Shown here: one piece after another, positions 35,919-48,714 of the stretch
How positions within the stretch are numbered: the stretch's first letter is position 1
Layout: each line of letters begins with the position of its first letter
NCBI RefSeq assembly: GCF_964194155.1
Contig: NC_135893.1
Coordinates: 58,032,001 to 58,096,000, forward strand
Direction of reading: 5' to 3'
Origin: Cetorhinus maximus
Taxonomy: Eukaryota
Length of the DNA: 64,000 bases
Position numbers and translations under genes: made by a program
Notes under the pieces: generated by a model
What the model was told of the DNA's origin: nothing
Database searches by the model: none
Seen by the model: the letters and a program-made list of their open reading frames with translations, nothing else

Positions 35919-38900
35919 TGCTTGTACCAGACGTGAACCATAGAGAAATTGATACAAGAGCCTTGGAGCTGCGAACTCTGACTCCATTATCTTCCTCAGT
36001 GTGGGGGGAGGGTAAGCAAGTTGACCTCAGCAAAGGAGAGGCTGTGACGTTCTCTACATCAACTGGACAGGGGCAGCAAATCATTCCGGAATATCCCAGC
36101 ATGTCAACAGTGCAGGGGAGACCAGGGCCTCCCTGGACCCATCAGTCTTCCTGGTCTCCTGGACATCCTAAGCTCCCAGGCCATCCTTCAGATCAAGGAC
36201 TGAGGACTCAAGCTCAGTTGCAGCCAGGAGAAGTCCCAGCAACAAAGGATTCCCAGTTAGATTCCAGAACCACACTCCACCTCAAATCTCTGGGAACACA
36301 AACTTCCCCAGAAAGGTCTAAAATTTCACAAGGTCCAGTAACCCTTAAAATTGCTACTGTTTCAGATTTCAACACCAGCCCCCAAGTCAATCTTGCCTCC
36401 ATTCTCCTATCCCCCTCCCCCTCTGGCCCCGGTCCGAGCTCCCCCTCCCCCTCCGGCCCCGGTCCGAGCTCCCCCTTCCCCTCCAGCCCCGGTCCGAGCT
36501 CCCCCTTCCCGTCCGGCCCCGGTGCGAGCTCCTCCTCCGGCCCCGGTCCGAACTCCCCCTCCCCCTCTGGCCCCGGTCCGAGCTCCCCCTCCCCCTCCAG
36601 CCCCGGTCCAAGCTCCCCCTCCGCTTCCAGACCTGGTCCGAGCTCCCCCTCCCCTTCTGGACCTGATCCAAGCTCTCCCTCCCCCTCCGGCCACGGTCCG
36701 AGCTCCCCCTCCCCCTCTGGCCCGGGTCCGAGCTCCCCCTTCCACTCCCGCTCTGGCCCCGGTCCGAATCCCCCATCCCCCTCCGCATCTGGCCCCAGTC
36801 TGAACTCTGCCTCCACTCTAACCCTCAACTCCAAACTGAACCTCGACTCAACTCTGTCTCTCGGCCCCAGACTTCCATTCTCTTTTTTATCTGACAGTAC
36901 AAGTACGATTGATAATACGCCATTATTAAGTTTGAAGAAGTCATTAGCAAAATCTTCAGTTATTCAAAACAAAGACCAGAGGAATGTGATGAACCAAAGC
37001 AGAACCAAACTGAACAGCCAGCCTACCCTGGACTCATCAGAACGACCCTGGGGCACAGATTCCAACTCAGGGCAGCTGCCACTGCTGACCAGCACATGGA
37101 CTGTGGAACCCACTGAGATGAACACTAGTGAAGAAGACATGGATACCAGAAATGATGCCAATACTCGCCCAGTCAGTATTTCACTGGGAGGACCAAAATC
37201 CCGGCTAAAGATCTCAGGAGAACTTGTAACCAGCATTTCACCAAACACTGACCAAGCATCAACAACCCAATCAGCAGGGACAATGCCACCAATGGCATTT
37301 AAAATCCCCTCCGTCACAGCGAGCGTTTCTGGAGATGAGGTTTCTAATGATCAATGGAGGAGCCGCCAGCGGGACCGCTCATGCACACATGGCATCACGC
37401 TTTCGGCAGACCCTGAGATTGAACTAGTGACAAGGCCCCAGTCATGGGACGAAGTGAAGGTTCCAGTCACGTCGACCCCAGCTCGTGACCTTTCAGCTCA
37501 TTTAAGTATTCTTGCCGATGAGGGAGTGGTGGAGATTTTCCCAGGGAGTGGTTCTGTGAACAGGGTGGAAAGATCCAGTACAGCAAGCGACACAGCATGG
37601 ACTGAAAGTCAGGACCAAAACTCCCTTCCGGGTGTCCCTGCCAGCCCCAGTGAGCTTATCACACCTCACTCAGAACAAGGCAGGAAACAGGAAAGTGAGT
37701 CAGATCAACACACACTTTTCTTCTCTCAGACCACTGACATTTCAGAATTGCTCTCCACTCAAAATGTAAACACACAAAATCTCGTAAACAGCTTCAAGAT
37801 GGATCCAGTGGTAGGGGCAGTGAATCAGCTAGAAACCACTCATTGGACATTAGATTTCAAAGACACTTCATCAGATTTTGATGGATCCATTACATCAACT
37901 CTCAACCAAGTAATGATTAAATCTGTGTCCAGTTCCGGGAACATGTTTGAAGTTCCTGAGCTGATGACCCATTCTTCAAACCTTCCAGTACAGGAAGTTA
38001 CTAATGGTGCTGAAAAAGATACTGCAACACTGAGCTATGAGTCAGGACCCAGTGGCAGTGCATGTCTTCCTGAAATACTTCCAGCAGTTGCCTCTCTGAG
38101 TAGTGCCGTCACGACACAGAGTGCTCGATCACAGTTCCCAATAACGGATGAAAATGCCCTCACGACACAAGGGAGATTGTTCACTAACAGAATCCTCAGC
38201 TCCATTTCATTGACTCTAGGTATGACTCTCGCTGCCAACTCTGTTGATGGAAGTGGAGGTGAAATGGTGTCAAGTGAAGTGACAGAGGCTAGTGGTGGTG
38301 TTACAGGCAGGGGCTCTGAGATTCCAAGTACTAGAGACACCCAAGTGGAGGATGATGGGAATGTGACACTGTTAACCTTCACTAAAGATGGAACGACCAA
38401 GGTGATGGCCACTCACAGCCAAAGGTTGGAGGTTACTCCGAGGGCTAAAAGCAGTTCAGGAATCTCAGTCATTTTTGACTTAGCAGGGACTGAAAAGAAT
38501 GGCAACAGAATGAATACTCTCCATGACAGCACTATTGAAATGATGGTTACCACAGAACCTTCTGGTAAAACCGCTTGGTTTGAGGGAGGAACCAGTTCAC
38601 CGTCAAATTCTGGAGGGAAAAATACAGGTGGGTCTCTAACTGAAGGTAACATTGTATATGGGGACAGAGTCCCATCATTCAGCCCAAGAACACCTGCACC
38701 AGAGCCCATCATACCACAGCCACCAGCGAGTGTAAGCCCAACATCCATTGAAGTTGATCGCAGTGCAATTCCACCTAAAGAAATCTTTTCAACCACCCTG
38801 TCACTCACATGGTTGCCAGGGAGTTCTTCAACAGACTTGGAGGCATCCCCATCACTGACCAGTACTCGAGGAACCATTGCTCCAACCTTAAGTAAAACCA

Positions 38901-40022
38901 CAATGCCCAGATCTGACAATCCAATCTCATCTTCAGGAAAGACAACTGAGGCACAAACGTCTGCAGGTGAGAGGCTCAGAGAAACATTAACCTCAGTAAT
39001 GAACCAAACTTTCCAGGAGGTGACTGAGATGAGCAGACCAGTAATTGCCTCGGGAACACCATCCTTTACTCCAGGATCCTTGGATCAAACTCAGCCTGAT
39101 ACCAGACCCCCAACATCTCCTTCGCTTCCAGTGCTGACTGACTCTGTTGATTCAGTGACAAACTTGGCACAGCTTCTGCCATCTGTATCCACCTTTGAGA
39201 CAGCATCTCAACCATCATCTGACCAGACTGGCACAGGGAGTTCACAAACATTTGGCAGCTCCTCTGCAACCTCTGGTGTCTCAGATAGAGGGGAACCAAC
39301 CTGGCCAGCCACCATCGATTTGAAGATTACAGTTCCTCCTCCTCCAGCTTTTCCTTCTGCTGAAGAGGAAGAAAAGCTTGTAACCAGTGAGGAACCTACC
39401 TTGTCATGGATGCTTCGGGTGAACCAGTTGGGATCACAGCCTAATGATGGTTCTCCTGTCACACACGTTGGCACAAAGGATCTTAACAGCGATCTATCCC
39501 AATCTGCCAAGCCCGGAGGAAACAAACAGTGGCAAAGGGAAATATTGTCAACACTTGCTGCTGCACACTCTGCCACCACTGAGGGCTTTTGGACGTGGGG
39601 TCAATCTGATTTAGGGACACTGTCAACTGGCCATGGGATTGTCCCAACCTCGGGGTCCTCAGCTTCTCCTGAAGGAGCCACGTCACTTCCAGCAGTTACA
39701 ATTATAGCCAAGTCAGTGATAACTCACAGGATTCCCACCACCCCAACACCTAGCCGCGCTGAAAGCTGGACACTGGGCAGGGATGACACCTCTCCAAACT
39801 CGCCCACCCCAGGATTGGGAATGCTGACGTCACTGACGCCAACGTCGCAGCCTCTGCACTCACACATTAACCCAACATCATCAGAGAGAGCTGTCCAAAC
39901 CACAATGCACCAACCTACACTAGGCACACTCAGGGAGCTGATGAACTCGGTCCCGTCGTCCACTCCAACAGAGAAACGTAAACAAATTTTCATCGTGGGG
40001 AATAAGCTGCCGCTGATCAAAG
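35919..40022 (+). CDS. Exon 3: 4104-bp Ser/Thr/Pro-rich mucin/proteoglycan-like stalk
   Basis: Uninterrupted 1376-aa ORF in the track; ttcctag|TG...AAAG|gtgagt; phase 1-1; S/T/P rich. Confidence 0.92.
36405..36800 (+). repeat. Coding 30-bp tandem repeat (PSPSGPGPSS, about 12-13 units)
   Basis: Repeated ccccctccccctc(t/c)ggccccggtccgagct. Confidence 0.9.
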
Positions 40023-40319
40023 GTGAGTTTTGATGATAACTGACCAATCCCAAGCTTGAATGGTCAGAACTGACCTCTGACTTCAGGCCAGAGTTTCTTT
40101 GTTTATTATATTGAGGAGCATCGACAATCTGTGCATGGGGCAGTCAGAACAATTTAGTCCCTGGGCTTCGATGGGAAGGGCGGGGAAAGTTGTGGGGGCG
40201 GGTGTTGGTTTCTCCAGTTACTTTCTCTAGAATCAAGGAGGTCTGTTCAAAGACACCTTTAATGACACTGCAACATCAACACATTTCCATTGTGGAGCTG
40301 GGGGATTTAGAGAAAAGAA

Positions 40320-40740
40320 AGAACTTGCATTCACATTGCACCTTTCATGGTCTCAGGATGTCCCCAAGTGCTTTGCAGCCAATGAAATACTTTTGAAGTG
40401 CAATTACTGTTGTAATACAGAAAACATGTCAGCCAATCGCACACATTAACTTTGTTTCTCTCTCCAGGTACTGCCAGACCTGCTGAGTTTTTTCCAGCAC
40501 TTTTGTTTTTATTTCAGATCTCCAGCATCTGCAGTATTTTGCTTTTATTATTCCACAGTGATAATGACCAGATAATCCATTTTAGTAATGTTGATTGAGG
40601 AATAAATATTAGTCAGGGCACTAAAGAGAACTGCCCTGCTCCACTTCATAATAGTCTTGTGGGATCTTTACATCCGCCTGAGAGGGCAGATAAGCCCTTG
40701 GTTTAGCATCTCATCCAAAAGACAGCATCCCTGGCAATGA
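40320..40740 (-). mobile_element. SacSINE1/DeuSINE-like fragment with an inserted Penelope-like end (about 40445-40550)
   Basis: Similar to 58006-58462; internal tgccagacctgctgagtttttccagca...ccagcatctgcagta. Confidence 0.65.
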
Positions 40741-40786
40741 GATATAAAGACACGTGCTGGAAACACTGGGATATAGAGCAGGGACA

Positions 40787-40980
40787 CATTGGGAACAATG
40801 GGATATGGAGGGTTCACCGAGAACATTGGGATGTTGAGGGTACATTGGGAACAATGGGATATGGAGGGTTCACCGAGAACATTGGGATGTTGAGGGTACA
40901 TTGGGAACAATGGGATATGGAGGGTTCACCGAGAGCATTGGGATGTTGAAGGTACATTGGGAACAACGGGATTATAGAGG
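40787..40980. repeat. 56-bp tandem repeat, about 3.5 copies
   Basis: ggatatggagggttcaccgagaacattgggatgttgagggtacattgggaacaatg at 40801, 40857 and 40913. Confidence 0.9.
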
Positions 40981-42771
40981 GAAGACACAGAGCAGTGGGA
41001 GAGAGAACACACAAGGAACAATGGCATGTAGAGCAGGTATGCTGAGAGCAGTGGGAGGTAAAGAGGGGACACACAATGGAACAGTTGAAAGTTGGATAAG
41101 ATTAAAGGATGGGAGTGGTAGGTGAGTTTGAGTGGGAGCGTACTGGGGTGGGGGGGGTGCTTGTGCATACTGGCAGTGAAAGAGAAATCACAATAAGTCC
41201 TCAGTTCAGATGTTTTCATCTGCAGGCATGTGGATGAGCTTTGCTCAGGGTTTGGTCTAAATGTTGATGTGGAAAAATGATCAAAGTTTCCAACGTTCTT
41301 ATCAATAAAACAACCTTGTTGATGGACTGCAGCCAGCATGCAAATCCCAGGCTTCAGTCAGATGTTCCACAGCCTGCAGTACTGACAGACAAACCAGTCT
41401 ATCTATCACAGCATATTATATTTCATAACAATTTCTGTCATAGTCAGACCCCTTTTTTGGTTACAAATCTCCTAGGTTGGATATTACTTAGAATTTCCAG
41501 CGCAGAAACAGGCCATTCGGCCCATATGGTCTATGTTGATGTTTATGCTCCACACAAGCCTCCTTTCACCCTACTCCATCTCACCTTAATAGGATGCCCT
41601 TCTATTCCTTTCTCCTGCGTGCGTTTATCTAATTTTCCCTTAAATAGCATTTCCTTTAAATGCTATTTGCTTCAGCTACTCCACATGGGAGTGAGTTCCA
41701 CATTCTAACTACTCTGGGTAAAGAAGTTTCTCCTGAATTCTCTATTAGACTTATTAGTGACTATCTTACATTTATGGTCCCTGGTTTTGGACCACACTTC
41801 AGAAGCACTCCACTGGCAGTAAAATACTTTGGGAGATCCTGAGGTTGTGAAAAGTGCAAAGGAATATAGAGGAGAGACACTGGCTACAGTTAAAAAGTTG
41901 GATAAATTCAAAGTACAGGAAAAATACAAGTTCTTTCTTTCATTTTGTAATATGGTCACTCTTGCGCCTCAAGTACCTTGGTACAGGGATGGTGAGTGAT
42001 ATCTTCCAATACAGTTTTAAGAGCCATCATCCTCACCCCAAATAACAACAGCTCGCATTTATATAGCACCTTTATGGCAGTAAAACACTTCACAGGAATG
42101 TAAATGGTCAGAAATTTGACACCATGCCATATAAGGAGTACGGGTGACTCAAAAGCTTGGTCAGAGAAGTAGGTTTAAAGGAGGAGAGGTAATGAAGTAG
42201 GTTTAGAGGAGGAGAGCTGGAAGTTTAGGGCCTTGGCAGCTGAACATGTCTGCCAGTGTGGAACGATGGAAATTGGGGATGCTCAAGAGACTAGAATTGG
42301 AGGACTGCAGAGTTCTTGAAAGATTGTGGGACTGAAGAAATTTTTTTATTATTCTTTCATTGGATGTGGGTGTTGCTTACAAGGCAAGCCCATCCCTAAT
42401 TGCTCTTGAGCTGAATGGTTTGCCATTTCGGAGGGCAGTTAAAAGTCAACCACATTGCTGGGAATCACATGTAGGCATGGCAGATTTTCTTCTGTAAAGG
42501 GCATTAGTGAACCAGATCAGTTTATACAACAATCAATGATGGTTGTCATGGTTACCATTACTAGATTAGCTTTCAATTCCAGATTTTATTAATTGAATTT
42601 AATTTCCACTAGTTGCCATTGCTATATCCCCCAGAGCATTAACCTGGGCTTCTAGATCACTAGTCCAGTGACATTACCACTACGCTATCATCTCCCCATG
42701 GATAGTGAGGGGCAAGGCCATGGAGGGATTTGGACACAAGGATGAGAATTTTAACTTGCTGTCTCTTCCAG

Positions 42772-42887
42772 AGGGCGTCACAGTGAAGATTCCAACAAAG
42801 CTCATTCTGGACAAGAATTTTACTGTCCAGTTGGAAGACTCGACATCTGAAGAATACCAGAACCTGGCCAAGGATTTCACACACAAA
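42772..42887 (+). CDS. Exon 4: SEA domain N-terminal part
   Basis: tcttccag|AG...AAA|gtgagg; GVTVKIPTKLILDKNFTVQLEDSTSEEYQNLAKDFTHK matches the SEA F..L.D..S.EY..L...F pattern. Confidence 0.9.
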
Positions 42888-43121
42888 GTGAGGGTTCAAG
42901 ATCATGCTGCTTTCCATAAAACTCTTGTCCCAGTCACTTTCTTGCACAATAGTGTTGGTTTTTTAAGACAGAGTGTAATTGTGCTGTTGTGCAAAATGCT
43001 TATTCCCCCACCCTTAGAGTTGATAAGAGTCTTGACAATTCATAGTGGTTTCTAGTGCCCTCCCAACCCCAGCCAATGCCAGATGATGTAGTGAATGTGT
43101 GGTTACAGCAAGACTCATTTA

Positions 43122-45733
43122 CAGGAAATCCTCGGTTAACATTGTTAATTCGTTCCCAGAAAATGCAAAATTATGTTATACGAATCACCTGTACGATATT
43201 ATAAATGGGATTATATTTCTAGGGGAAGGCTTTTGGAATGTACAATTCCAAACCAGCATGTACATTAACATTTTAAAGCTTAACAAGCATCAACTATAAA
43301 TTTGACCAAATGTCGAAAAGCTAAGAAAAGATTAAGTTTGGGTACTCACCACGATGTGAAGCTTTGTCTCACTGGATGATTGGTGCTGGAGGTGGGTCTT
43401 ATTGGAGGCTGGGAGGACTTCTGGAGAGCTTATTGAAGTGGTTTTTGAGGACTTGGTTTACTGGGGAATTGTTATTACTTCTGTTCACTCATGAATTGTG
43501 CTTTATATTATCTATCAAAAGGCATCATCACATGATCTTCAGGACTCTGCAGCATCCTTTGAAAGGTTCTTTGCAGTGGGGTTTTTAAATAATTTTTCTT
43601 TGTGGAGCTCCCTCTAGCAATTAACTGCACTGTTAATGCTTCTGTTCACTCTTGAACTGTGCTATCAGGGTTGTCTTCATTAAAATTGGCCATTGCTTCT
43701 TCAAAATTTTTCAAGGCATCATCAAGTGATCTTCAGCTAAATGTCTTGGTGGACCTTACTGAAGGCTTGGAGGGCTTATGGAAGTGGCTTTTTGGAGGCC
43801 TGCTAGGACTCCTTGTTGAATCTTTTGAAGGGTTCTTTGTAGTGGGGTTTTTAAAGAATTTTTCCAGTGACAGCTGCACTTTTGCTTTTTTCTTTTCTCT
43901 GTGGAACTCCATGTAGCAGTTGATTGCATCGTTAATGCTTCTGTTCACTCTTGAACTGTGCTCTCTATCAGGGCCATCTTCATCAAAGTGGCCATTGTCT
44001 CTTCAGACTTTTTAAAGACATCATCAAGTGATCTTTGAGCTAAATGTCTTGTTTGGTTGTTCTTCTTGCTCATCATCATTCCCCCTCTTCCACAGCCCTC
44101 TGTTGTTCCATTTCCTCCAGGTCCTCAGCAGGCAACACCTCTGCATAGGAGGCAAGCGACGCTGCAACATTCTCAGTGTTTAGCTCATTCAATCCAATTT
44201 GCTTGCCCATTTCCACAATTGCCTCTTGGATCTTCTTGATAGGTTCCACATAGCCTTTGGCCCTAATGCAATTTGGCCACAACTTCCTCCACATACTATT
44301 CATATTGGATGAGGTAAACTTTCCATGCCATAGTGATGCTATTGATGGCCTTGACAGTGTTGTAATTCTTCCAGAATTCTTTCAGGGTAGGAGCGTCATC
44401 ACCTCAGTTTCCCTGATGACTTGTCCAAAAGATTCTGGTAATAGGCCTTGACGGTTGCAATAGCCCCTTGATCCATAGGTTAAAGAATGGAGACGTTGTT
44501 AGATGGTAGAAAGAGCACTTTAACATTGTCACTGAGGTCATCAAAAGCTGCAGAGTGGCCAGGAACAATGTCCAGGAGAAGCACTGCTCTTTTGGAAAGA
44601 TTATTTGCTGAACAATAATCCCAAACAGCTGGGCAAAAGTAGGCTGTAAATCGATTCTCAGAAATCACTTGGGTTCACCATGCCTCCTTTCTTGCCCTCC
44701 ACACATCTGGCAGCCTGTTCTTTGAATTACCCTTCATTGCCCTGTGGTTTTGGGAATGGTAAACAAGCATCAGCTTCACTTTAAAATCATCTGCTACACT
44801 TCCACCAAGCAGCCTAGCATACACTTTCCTTTCTTGAAATGTATGTCCTGGAAGGCATCCTTTTCCAGAATAAACCAGTCTCATCAATATTAACCACTTG
44901 CTGAGGCGTGTATCCACCCTCCTCAATGATTTCACGTAGTGTTTTAATGAAGGATGCAGTTGCTTTATCATCAGCACTGGCAACTTCCCCACTTACAACA
45001 ATGTTTTGCAAGTTAGTATATCTTTTCTACCTTGCAAACCACCCACGACAAACATTAAATGGTCTATGTTTGAGCTTCCATCACGGCCTTTCTTAAGATC
45101 ATTTTATAAACTCCCAGCCTATTTTTGAATAACCTAAGAGGCATGCATTGCTGAGTTTGATGTTCAATCTAAATGGTTAGGAGTCTTTCCATGTCCATCA
45201 TAATTCCAAAGGAGGCATGCAGGTAATACTGTAGTGAGAGGCTTTGGAGAATCTTTAGACACTTTTCGTTGTCTTTTCTCAGCAGAAAGCACTTTATAAT
45301 CATTGGCTCTTTATTGACTCATTATGAACAAATTAATGAATAATACCTCAACAATTCAAAAGAACTAAGCTGGCAACGGGAGAGAACACTGTTTTGGGTG
45401 CTTTACAAAATGGCGCAAACGCCTCCTGTTTACAAGGCGGTGACTGCTTAACCCCAGTAGTCTTCAAAAGGACCACGGTGGACCACTACAGTACCACACT
45501 GTACACTAAAACCTGGGCATAGAACAAAATCCCAAAGATTCTTCAAAGCCTCCCAATGCAGAATTGCCTGCACGCCTCTTCACCCAAGACACAGTTCCTT
45601 CAGCTTTGTGGGAGTTATGCAGGAATGTCCGGGCATACGGTGACTTTAATATGAATCAGTAGCAATGCAACTCGAGTCTGGATATTAATTTAAGAATGAC
45701 ATTAATGCAAAACTACGTGGCGAGGACACCCTG
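43122..45733 (-). mobile_element. Tigger/pogo-family DNA transposon with decayed transposase
   Basis: SGEVASAD...IIEEGGYTPQQVVNIDETGLFWKRMPSRTYI, VLLLD..GH, FLP, MNSMWRKLWP; TA|CAGGAAATCCTCG ... CGAGGACACCCTG|TA. Confidence 0.9.
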
Positions 45734-46079
45734 TATGTGGGAACTCCACTGTTTAATCAGCTGTTCCGTCATGGCCTGATTGACAAGTTGCTGCTCACTT
45801 ATTTAAATTTCCATGTTACTAATTTTCTAAGCATTGTAAGTAAACTGCACTCACAGCTCCAGGAGAGAGCCTTCTGGTTGTTCTCCCTCCCTCTTATTTG
45901 GTGTAACAATGAGTAACTGCTTACACTTGGTGTATACACCATTGGTTAATACTGGGTGAGTGCTCACAATTTAGTGTTTACACCATTGTTAGTGTTGCTG
46001 GGTAACTGCTCACTTTGGTAGTTTTTACATAATCCTACAGGAAAGTGAGATCATTTTCATCATTTTCATCATTCTGCAG

Positions 46080-46138
46080 GTTTCTCCATTTTATAAGAAA
46101 GTTCCTGGATTTAAGCAGCTGCTGGTTAAATACTTCAG
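46080..46138 (+). CDS. Exon 5: SEA domain middle
   Basis: ttctgcag|GTT...TTCAG|gtgatt; VSPFYKKVPGFKQLLVKYFS; phase 0-2 bridges exons 4 and 6. Confidence 0.85.
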
Positions 46139-46329
46139 GTGATTAAAGTTCAACTTATTGATTCACTCATCATGCAGTCTAATACTGAGAATTATTTTCC
46201 CTTTCATTCAATGCAAAATTGGCACTTACCAGAACTTCTAACATTAATACTCTGCCATTTCCTCCATCATTAATATTGTCAATTAATGCCTCCATCATTA
46301 GTAATCTGTAGCATTAGAGATTAATACTT

Positions 46330-46670
46330 TGTGAACATTGCCTGTGTTTGGGCTGTTGTGTTACTGCAGTGTGCTGTTGTTTGTGAGCACTGTGTGTGCG
46401 GGCTGTTGCCTTTGGGCACTGTGTGTGTGTGGGTATTGCCTGTGGATGATGTCTGTGTGCGGGCTGTTGCCTGGGGGTGCTGTGTGTGTGCGGGCTGTTG
46501 CCTGTGGGCACTGTGTGTGTGTGGGCTATTGCCTGTGGATGATGTCTGTGTGCGGGGTGTTGCCTGTGGGTGCTGTGTGTGTGCGGGCTGTTGCCTGTGG
46601 GCGCTGTGTGTGTGTGTGTGTGTGTGTGTGGGCTGTTGTCTATGGATGATGTATGTGTGCCTGTTCCTAG
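46330..46670. repeat. TG-rich minisatellite/microsatellite
   Basis: Repeated gtgtgcgggctgttgcctgtgg units plus (GT)n. Confidence 0.85.
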
Positions 46671-46703
46671 CTGTTGCCTTATTTTAGTGACCTGTTTCCA
46701 CAG

Positions 46704-46867
46704 TGCGGGCAGCGTGTTGATCGAGTTCGATGTTGTCTTCATTGCAAAGGAAATCCGAGCTTACCTGCTGGACCCCAATTCGATTGTCAATGTTACTGGC
46801 TTGCACAATGCGATCGCAGGTGGCTTTGAGATTGACAGGGCCCGGGTGCTGAGAGTGTATGTTTCAG
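46704..46867 (+). CDS. Exon 6: SEA domain C-terminal part with G-SV cleavage motif
   Basis: ttccacag|T GCG GGC AGC GTG...TCAG|gtaact; AGSVLIEFDVVF... Confidence 0.9.
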
Positions 46868-47569
46868 GTAACTGTCACCTAACTACTGTCCAAAACCTAC
46901 CTTTTCTAAACACACACACACGCTGACCATCCTGGCCATGGAGGGGAAGGGAGGACTCCCTTTGTCTCCCCTTATACAATCTCTTTCCCTTCTTGTCCCC
47001 TGTTTTCTTCAACTTTCTTGAGTTAGGGGTGATCAAAATAAAGTGTTTAAGATGATTAAAGGATTTGATAAGGTAGATAGAGAGATAAATATTTCTACTG
47101 GTGGGTGGAATCGAGAAGAAAGATGCAGAACCTTAAAGTTGGAGCTGGGCTGTTTTGAGGCGATGCTAAGAAGCACTTTTACACACAGAGTAGTTGAATT
47201 CTGTGACTCTCTCCCCCTAAAAGACTGTGGATGCTGGGCTCAATTAAAAATTTCAAAACTAAGTTCAAAAGATTATTCTTGGGTAAGGGTATTAAGGATT
47301 GTAGGACAAAGGTGGGTAAATGGAAATAAGATGCAGATCAGATTGAATGACGAAATGACTGAATAGCTGCCCTGCAGAGGCTGAATGGCCTCCTCCTGTT
47401 CCCTCACTGTTGATGAAATTCCTACTTTTGTTGCGGGGGGGTGGTGGAGAGTTCCCCTGGACCTGGCCCCAGCTAGAATCAGCATCTTCAGGAAAGGAGA
47501 GGAGAAATCCCCTCAAATAATAACCAATAAAATGAACTGTTTTGTGCTTTTTTTTGTCTCTGTCTGCAG

Positions 47570-47732
47570 AGGATTTCATTGCTTTGTGCGGTGAGGTGTT
47601 TTCCTGCCAGACTGGGTTCCAGTGCATTCACAGTGATACGAGGAATGTAAGCTGTACCTCCCTTTGCCACGCTGGATACTGCAAAAACAGTGGCATCTGC
47701 ACTCACAACCAGGGCCAGGGGCCCATCTGCCA
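47570..47732 (+). CDS. Exon 7: Cys-rich / EGF-like
   Basis: tctgcag|AG...GCCA|gtaagt; LCGEVFSCQTGFQCIHSDTRNVSCTSLCHAGYCKNSGICTHNQGQGPIC. Confidence 0.93.
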
Positions 47733-48714
47733 GTAAGTGACACATTTTTCCACTTGCTTGGAGTGTTTGTCAGTTTCAGTATGGACCAGGAAACTCAAAA
47801 CAACCTTGTGCCAGCTGCTATCAAGCTTACACTCTGAGATAGGAAGAAGAGTTGCCATTTAAACCCTCAAACCTATTCAGCAATTCAATAAGATTATGGC
47901 TGATCTGCAACCTAACTCCGTTTACTTGCCTTGCCTCATAGCCATTAATACCTTTGTTAACAAAAATCTATCAATCTTTCAATTTTAAAGTTAACAATTG
48001 ATCCAGCACCAATGTCCATTTGTAGAAGAGTGCTCCAAACTTCTATCACCCTTTGCATGTAGAAGTGTTTCTTAATTTCCTGAAAGGTCTGCCTCCAATT
48101 TTTAGACTCTGCCCCCAGTCCTGTATTCTCTAACTAGTGGAAATAGTTTATGCCAATCTACCCTTATCTGTTCCCCTAAATGTCTTGAAAACTTTGGTCA
48201 AAGCACCCCTTAATTTTATAATTCAAAATGGTACAACTTTAGTTTGTTTAATCTCTCCTCATAGTTTAAACTTTTGAGTCCAGGTTTTTTTTTTAATATT
48301 CGTTTACGAGACGTGGGCATCACTGGCTGGGCCAGCATTTATTGGCCATCCCTCGTTGCCTTTGAGAAGGTGGTGGTGAACTGCCTTCTTGAACCGCTGC
48401 AGTCCATGTGGTGTAGGTACACCCACAGTGTTGTTGGGGAGCGAGTTCCAGGATTTTGACCCAGTGACAATGAAGGAACAGCGATATATTTCCAAGTCAG
48501 GATGGTGAGTGGCTTGGAGGAGAACTTTCAGGTGATGGCGTTCCTATGTGTCTACTGCCCTTGTCCTTCTAGATGGTAGTGGCCAGGGGTTTGGAAGGTG
48601 CTGTTTAAGGAGGCTTGGGATCTGCAACCTAACTTTGTTCCCTTGCCTCATATCCATTAATACCTTTAACAAAAATTTATCAATCTTTCAATTTTAAAGT
48701 TAACAATTGAACTA

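Noticed and set aside
36214-36834. Collagen/elastin-like antisense and alternative-frame ORFs (GPGPEGEGEL, RGRGSSD, PPPPAPVRA)
   Set aside because: By-products of the stop-free 30-bp GC-rich repeat in the real + strand exon.
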